Source: Candidatus Microgenomates bacterium (GTDB lineage Bacteria; Patescibacteriota; Microgenomatia; Levybacterales; UBA12049). Taken from it: 62,918 nucleotides of DNA. The translations under genes were made by a program, and so were the position numbers. Location of the stretch: positions 1 to 62,918 of the forward strand of contig JANWKV010000006.1 of the NCBI GenBank assembly GCA_025451195.1. Direction: 5' to 3'. The notes below the pieces were generated by a model. It was not told the DNA's origin, did not search any database, and saw only the letters and a program-made list of their open reading frames with translations. Positions 58,540-62,918 of the stretch are shown here, piece after piece. Numbering within the stretch: position 1 is the first letter of the stretch; each line of letters starts with the position of its first letter.

Positions 58540-60468
58540 ATGGCAACTTTAACCCGTATTCCGGAAAATCCAATTCTTACACCAAACCCCCAAAACGAAT
58601 GGGAAAAAGAAGCCACATTTAATGGATGTGTTTCCTATGTTGACGGCACATATCATATGGTTTACCGCGCGCTCTCCTCAATGAAAATGCAAAACGGAAT
58701 TAATATGGAAGTTTCTTCAATAGGATATGCAAAGAGCACAGACGGCATACATTTTACCGATAGAACGCAAATAATTTCTCCTACGGAAGACTTCGACATG
58801 TACGGATGCGAAGACCCAAGAATTACCTACATGGATGGAAAATTTTATATCTTTTATACCGCCCTTTCCATGTTTCCCTTTACAGCATATGGAATAAGAC
58901 TCGCCGTTGCAATTACGAAAGATTTTAAAACATTTGAAAAACATCCTGTTACAACGTTTAATTCAAAAGCAATGGGTCTTTTTCCGGAAAAAATCAACGG
59001 TAAGTTTGCAGCCCTTTTAACAATAAACACCGACATGCCGCCTGCCAAAATTGCTTATGCTAACTTTGATAAAGAAGAAGATATGTGGTCGCCGGTTTTT
59101 TGGATGAACTGGTATGAAAATGCAAATAACCATATTATTCATCTTCTCCGTGATATCCGCGACCAGGTAGAACTGGGTTCTCCTCCGATAAAAACAGAAT
59201 ACGGTTGGCTGGTTATGTATTCCTACATTAAAAATTACATGTCAAATGATAAAAAATTTGGAATAGAAGCAGTACTTTTGGATAGTAATGACCCAAGAAT
59301 TATTTTAGGCAGAACCCAACTCCCACTTCTTATGCCGGAAGAAAAATACGAATTGGAAGGAATCGTAGCAAATGTTATTTTTCCATCAGGAGCTCTAATT
59401 AAAGACGATAAACTGATTGTTTATTATGGCGCAGCAGATACTTCTGTTGCTGTTGCATCTATGCACTTAAGCTCTCTTTTAGACCAGATAAAACCAATAG
59501 ATGTCTCAACAATTACAACTTCGAGCCTTAGAAAATTTGTAAGATTTGAGGGGAATCCAATTATTAAATCGGCACTCGAACTTGATTGGCAAAATAAAGC
59601 TGTTTTTAACCCTGCTGCAATTTATGAAGACGGGAAAGTTCATCTTGTGTATAGGGCGCAATCAAAAAGCGGAGTTTCTGTTTTTGGATATGCGTCAAGT
59701 AAAGACGGATTTCATATTGATGAAAATTTGGATAAGCCGATTTATATTCCCCGGGAAAGTTTTGAAAGAAGCACAAAACAAAATGGTAATTCCGGCTGCG
59801 AAGACCCAAGAATTACAAAAATAAATGATAGATTATTTATGACTTATACTGCATATGACGGGGCAAATCCTCCAAGAATCGCGCTTACCTCTATTGCTCT
59901 TGCGGATTTTTTGAAAAAAAATTGGAACTGGGAAAAGCCAAAATTAATTTCCGCGCCCGGAGTCGATGATAAAGATGCATGCATTGTTAAAAAGGTAAAA
60001 GGTGAGGGGTTTGTTGCATTTCATAGACTTGGCAATGTCATTTGGCTTGATTTTTTAAGGGATTTGGATTTTCCCGAAAAGAAATATTTAACAGGCGGAA
60101 TTATCGCTCAGGCCAGAAAAGATAAATGGGACAATATAAAAGTAGGCATTGCCGCACCACCCTTAGAAACCGAAAAGGGCTGGCTGCTACTTTACCATGC
60201 GGTATCTGACCCGGGATTTATGTATAAAGTTGGCGCAATGCTTTTAGATTATGATGACCCAAGACGGATTATTGCCCGCACAGATGAGCCTATTTTGGAG
60301 CCGGAAAAACCATATGAGCTTGAAGGACAAGTTCCGAATGTTGTTTTTCCATGCGGAGCGGTTGTAATAAACGGTACGGTATTTTTGTATTATGGCGGTG
60401 CGGATTCGGTTGTTGGAGTTGCAACAAGTCCTCTATCTACAATACTCAATGTTTTACTGGAGAAATAA
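58540..60468 (+). CDS. tandem two-domain GH130-like glycosidase/phosphorylase
   Basis: two complete NP...FN...GCEDPRIT...V.FP.GA...YYG.AD units. Confidence 0.88.
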   Translation: MATLTRIPENPILTPNPQNEWEKEATFNGCVSYVDGTYHMVYRALSSMKMQNGINMEVSSIGYAKSTDGIHFTDRTQIISPTEDFDMYGCEDPRITYMDGKFYIFYTALSMFPFTAYGIRLAVAITKDFKTFEKHPVTTFNSKAMGLFPEKINGKFAALLTINTDMPPAKIAYANFDKEEDMWSPVFWMNWYENANNHIIHLLRDIRDQVELGSPPIKTEYGWLVMYSYIKNYMSNDKKFGIEAVLLDSNDPRIILGRTQLPLLMPEEKYELEGIVANVIFPSGALIKDDKLIVYYGAADTSVAVASMHLSSLLDQIKPIDVSTITTSSLRKFVRFEGNPIIKSALELDWQNKAVFNPAAIYEDGKVHLVYRAQSKSGVSVFGYASSKDGFHIDENLDKPIYIPRESFERSTKQNGNSGCEDPRITKINDRLFMTYTAYDGANPPRIALTSIALADFLKKNWNWEKPKLISAPGVDDKDACIVKKVKGEGFVAFHRLGNVIWLDFLRDLDFPEKKYLTGGIIAQARKDKWDNIKVGIAAPPLETEKGWLLLYHAVSDPGFMYKVGAMLLDYDDPRRIIARTDEPILEPEKPYELEGQVPNVVFPCGAVVINGTVFLYYGGADSVVGVATSPLSTILNVLLEK

Positions 60469-60604
60469 GCGCCTCAACTTTCATCTACCTAAAAATAACG
60501 ATAAGGGAATTAAAAAAACCTGCATGCTTAAATGGTTAGATGGTTAAATGATCGCGATAAATTTAGCCATTCATTACTTATTTTGCTACACTATAAATAG
60601 TATT

Positions 60605-61444
60605 ATGATCTTTCAGAAAAAATTTATTTTTTTGTTTGGGTTTATTTCTCTTTTGTTTTTGTTTTTTTTTAAACCAAATATTTCTTTTGCCCAAACGGCA
60701 ACACCAACAGTTTCGATTACCACACCAACTCTTTCTTCCTCAAGTAGCGCCGCGACCATGGGCGTTGCAACTTTTGTACAGGTAAAAGACGTAAATCTTA
60801 AAGACGGAACAGTAATTTCATCCGCTGATAATGGAGCAATAGCAACTGATGTTTCTTATGATTCTCAAGTTTTGGGAGTTATCGCAAAAGACGCGGCAAT
60901 ACTTTTAAATTCCGGAGGTTCGGCAAACAGTCTTCCTGTCATATCTGTAGGCAATGTTTATGTTTTGGTTTCGACCAAAGACGGCGTAATAAAAAAAGGT
61001 GATCTTTTAACAAGTTCGACAATTCCGGGGGTTGCTGTAAAAGCGGTAAGGTCAGGCTATGTCTTAGGAACTGCTTTGGAAGGTTATGACAATCCTGATC
61101 CAAAAAAAATAGATACCATAGTTGCCGATTTGAATTTACATTATTTTAATTCAAAACCGACTTTTCCGGGAACGCTGTCCGATTTATTTAAATTTATTGT
61201 TTTATCAACCAAAGAAGATCCGACTCCAATATTTAAAGACATTGTTGCTGCCCTTGTAGTTTTGGGATCTTTTGTTTTGGCATTTTTAACATTTGGAAGA
61301 GCAGCTGCAAAAGGAGTTGAGGCACTCGGTAGAAACCCCGCGGCAAGCAGAATTATTCATTTGGGGATAATTTTTAACGTAACAATTGTAGGGTTGATTA
61401 TTATTGCCGGCATGACCGTTGCTTTTCTTATTTTAAGACTATAA
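60605..61444 (+). CDS. hypothetical secreted/membrane protein with a C-terminal helical hairpin (GRNP loop)
   Basis: signal peptide, beta domain (GDLLTSS.IPGVA.KA...G.ALE), TM-GVEALGRNP-TM. Confidence 0.75.
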   Translation: MIFQKKFIFLFGFISLLFLFFFKPNISFAQTATPTVSITTPTLSSSSSAATMGVATFVQVKDVNLKDGTVISSADNGAIATDVSYDSQVLGVIAKDAAILLNSGGSANSLPVISVGNVYVLVSTKDGVIKKGDLLTSSTIPGVAVKAVRSGYVLGTALEGYDNPDPKKIDTIVADLNLHYFNSKPTFPGTLSDLFKFIVLSTKEDPTPIFKDIVAALVVLGSFVLAFLTFGRAAAKGVEALGRNPAASRIIHLGIIFNVTIVGLIIIAGMTVAFLILRL

Positions 61445-61472
61445 ACCGTGCAAAATTATTATATTATCCCCA

Positions 61473-62363
61473 ATGAAAATAGGTAAGAAAGTTCTTGAAG
61501 CAATTAATGATGCAAGAATAAAACGCCCATTATGGTATAAAAAATACCATGCCTCAGGATTTTCAGATTTAATTCACGGATTTATTTTATCTGTTGCAAT
61601 ATTTTTTCTATTGATTGGTTTTTTAAAAATTTTATTGCCGGTTAGCGCAGAAACCGGAGTGGAAACTACAATAACACAGTCAATTTATCCTAATAAACTG
61701 GGTGTTAGCGCACCGCTGTATTTATATTTTTCACCAATTGTTTCCAACATTTTCAGTTGGCAAAACTCAACCTCTATATTGGATAATATTATTTTATCTA
61801 ACACCAGAAACGGGGAAACAAGTTGGACGGTTAGCGTAATATGTAGTGGTTTTTCAGCAATAAATCAACCAGTAAAACTACATGGGTTAAATGATACTTT
61901 AACTTCCGGCGGGGAATATACAAATCCTAAAGGAGGAATATACACAATTACTATTACCAAAGGCGGCAATACGGGTATTGCACAGTTCAATGTTAAAGGC
62001 ATGGAGGACCAAAACGGGACAACGGGAACAAATGTCCTAATTGGGACAAGAGGATTAACTGCAACCTTTGCTCCTGCAAAATATGTAACAGGCGATTCAT
62101 GGGAAATCCGTGTTGACACAATTCCTGTTTCTAATTTAACGGTAACACCGCGTGGCTTAACATTGTTGTCGGGCAAATCGGTAAATGCTCATTTGGGACC
62201 AAGCCATACTTTTTTAAACAGAAACGACCCGGCAACTATATTAGTTGTACCGCTTGGCCTATTTGGTAATAGCTATTCAACCAGTTTGTTTCTCTCCTTA
62301 AGAATTCCACCATTTACATATGCCAACAAATACAGGGCTGTATTGTCTATAACATCCGAATAG
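61473..62363 (+). CDS. surface protein, WxL-like
   Basis: N-terminal WY..Y...H+TM; NTRNGETSWTVSV and terminal Y.A.L.IT resemble WxL motifs. Confidence 0.6.
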   Translation: MKIGKKVLEAINDARIKRPLWYKKYHASGFSDLIHGFILSVAIFFLLIGFLKILLPVSAETGVETTITQSIYPNKLGVSAPLYLYFSPIVSNIFSWQNSTSILDNIILSNTRNGETSWTVSVICSGFSAINQPVKLHGLNDTLTSGGEYTNPKGGIYTITITKGGNTGIAQFNVKGMEDQNGTTGTNVLIGTRGLTATFAPAKYVTGDSWEIRVDTIPVSNLTVTPRGLTLLSGKSVNAHLGPSHTFLNRNDPATILVVPLGLFGNSYSTSLFLSLRIPPFTYANKYRAVLSITSE

Positions 62364-62425
62364 TTTGTTATGGCTTTTTATTTGGCTTGACACATTAAAA
62401 TTTTTATGTGTACGATAAAGTGCCA

Positions 62426-62918
62426 ATGGATATTAAAAAAATTTTAAATGATATAAAACATACAGAAACTAAGTGGTATAAAGATTACTGCAAATGGATA
62501 AATCATGGAAGATTTCATTTGCTCATTTTTATTATTTCTTTTATTATTATTGCTACCGGTTTTACAAATGTTTTTTTCCAAATAGTTAAATTATTTACTA
62601 TTGAAAAAGCATATGGCTCTACAACTCACGTGTCACAAGACGTAATAGGAGGAAGTCTAACAATATCCAATTCCGGAGATCAATCTTTAAGTCCGGTTAG
62701 CGTTTCAACCGTTTCCCAAAATTCAACTGGAAGTCTTGGAACAATTACCGTAACCGATGATACAGGTACAGGTAACGGTTGGAATGCAACTGCAACTTCC
62801 ACAGATTTTTATAAAGTTAACTCTGCTGTTAAAACATCTGGAAGTAACAGTACCGTTACAACAGATGGAACAAGCACATATGTAAATGGTTCGGGCACAA
62901 GTCTTAACGGAGATATTT
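62426..62918 (+). CDS. surface protein, WxL-like, truncated by the window edge
   Basis: open from ATG 62426 (MDIKKIL...KWYKDY...H+TM...GTITVTDDTGTGNGWNATA); TTGACA/TACGAT promoter upstream. Confidence 0.7.
   Translation, partial: MDIKKILNDIKHTETKWYKDYCKWINHGRFHLLIFIISFIIIATGFTNVFFQIVKLFTIEKAYGSTTHVSQDVIGGSLTISNSGDQSLSPVSVSTVSQNSTGSLGTITVTDDTGTGNGWNATATSTDFYKVNSAVKTSGSNSTVTTDGTSTYVNGSGTSLNGDI

Overview
AT-rich, gene-dense bacterial chromosome segment (code 11). Gene content suggests a Patescibacteria/CPR genome, probably Microgenomates; this is an inference. The clues are TM-anchored T/P/S-rich Ig/PKD surface proteins, PilN/PilO-like genes, several GT-C glycosyltransferases, archaeal-type ppcA, and a Lys-rich S20 tail. 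Core genes: tRNA-Ser, groES-groEL, lepA, murJ, rpsT, tpiA, a UvrD/PcrA helicase, femAB-like, rnhB, msrA. Accessory blocks: a pilus plus surface-glycosylation locus (16.1-31.1 kb), sodN-sodX next to ppcA, a two-component system with a MacAB-like transporter, Fur-ZIP, tandem GH130-like genes, and WxL-like surface proteins. No CRISPR array, rRNA or prophage was seen. The most unusual signals lie below gene scale. (1) Inverted repeats built from 7-nt periodic units occur between genes and twice in frame inside the FemAB-like gene. (2) Degenerate duplicated gene ends occur at the lepA 5' end (forming a translationally coupled uORF), the macB-like 3' end and the tRNA 5' end. (3) A MITE-like palindrome is present in three copies. 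(4) The tRNA-Ser has the rare anticodon ACT. (5) More than ten genes have a -10 box 6-7 nt before the start codon (leaderless architecture). (6) One operator is shared by the HxlR locus and a cupredoxin gene 10 kb away. All calls come from reading the sequence; no database searches were run.
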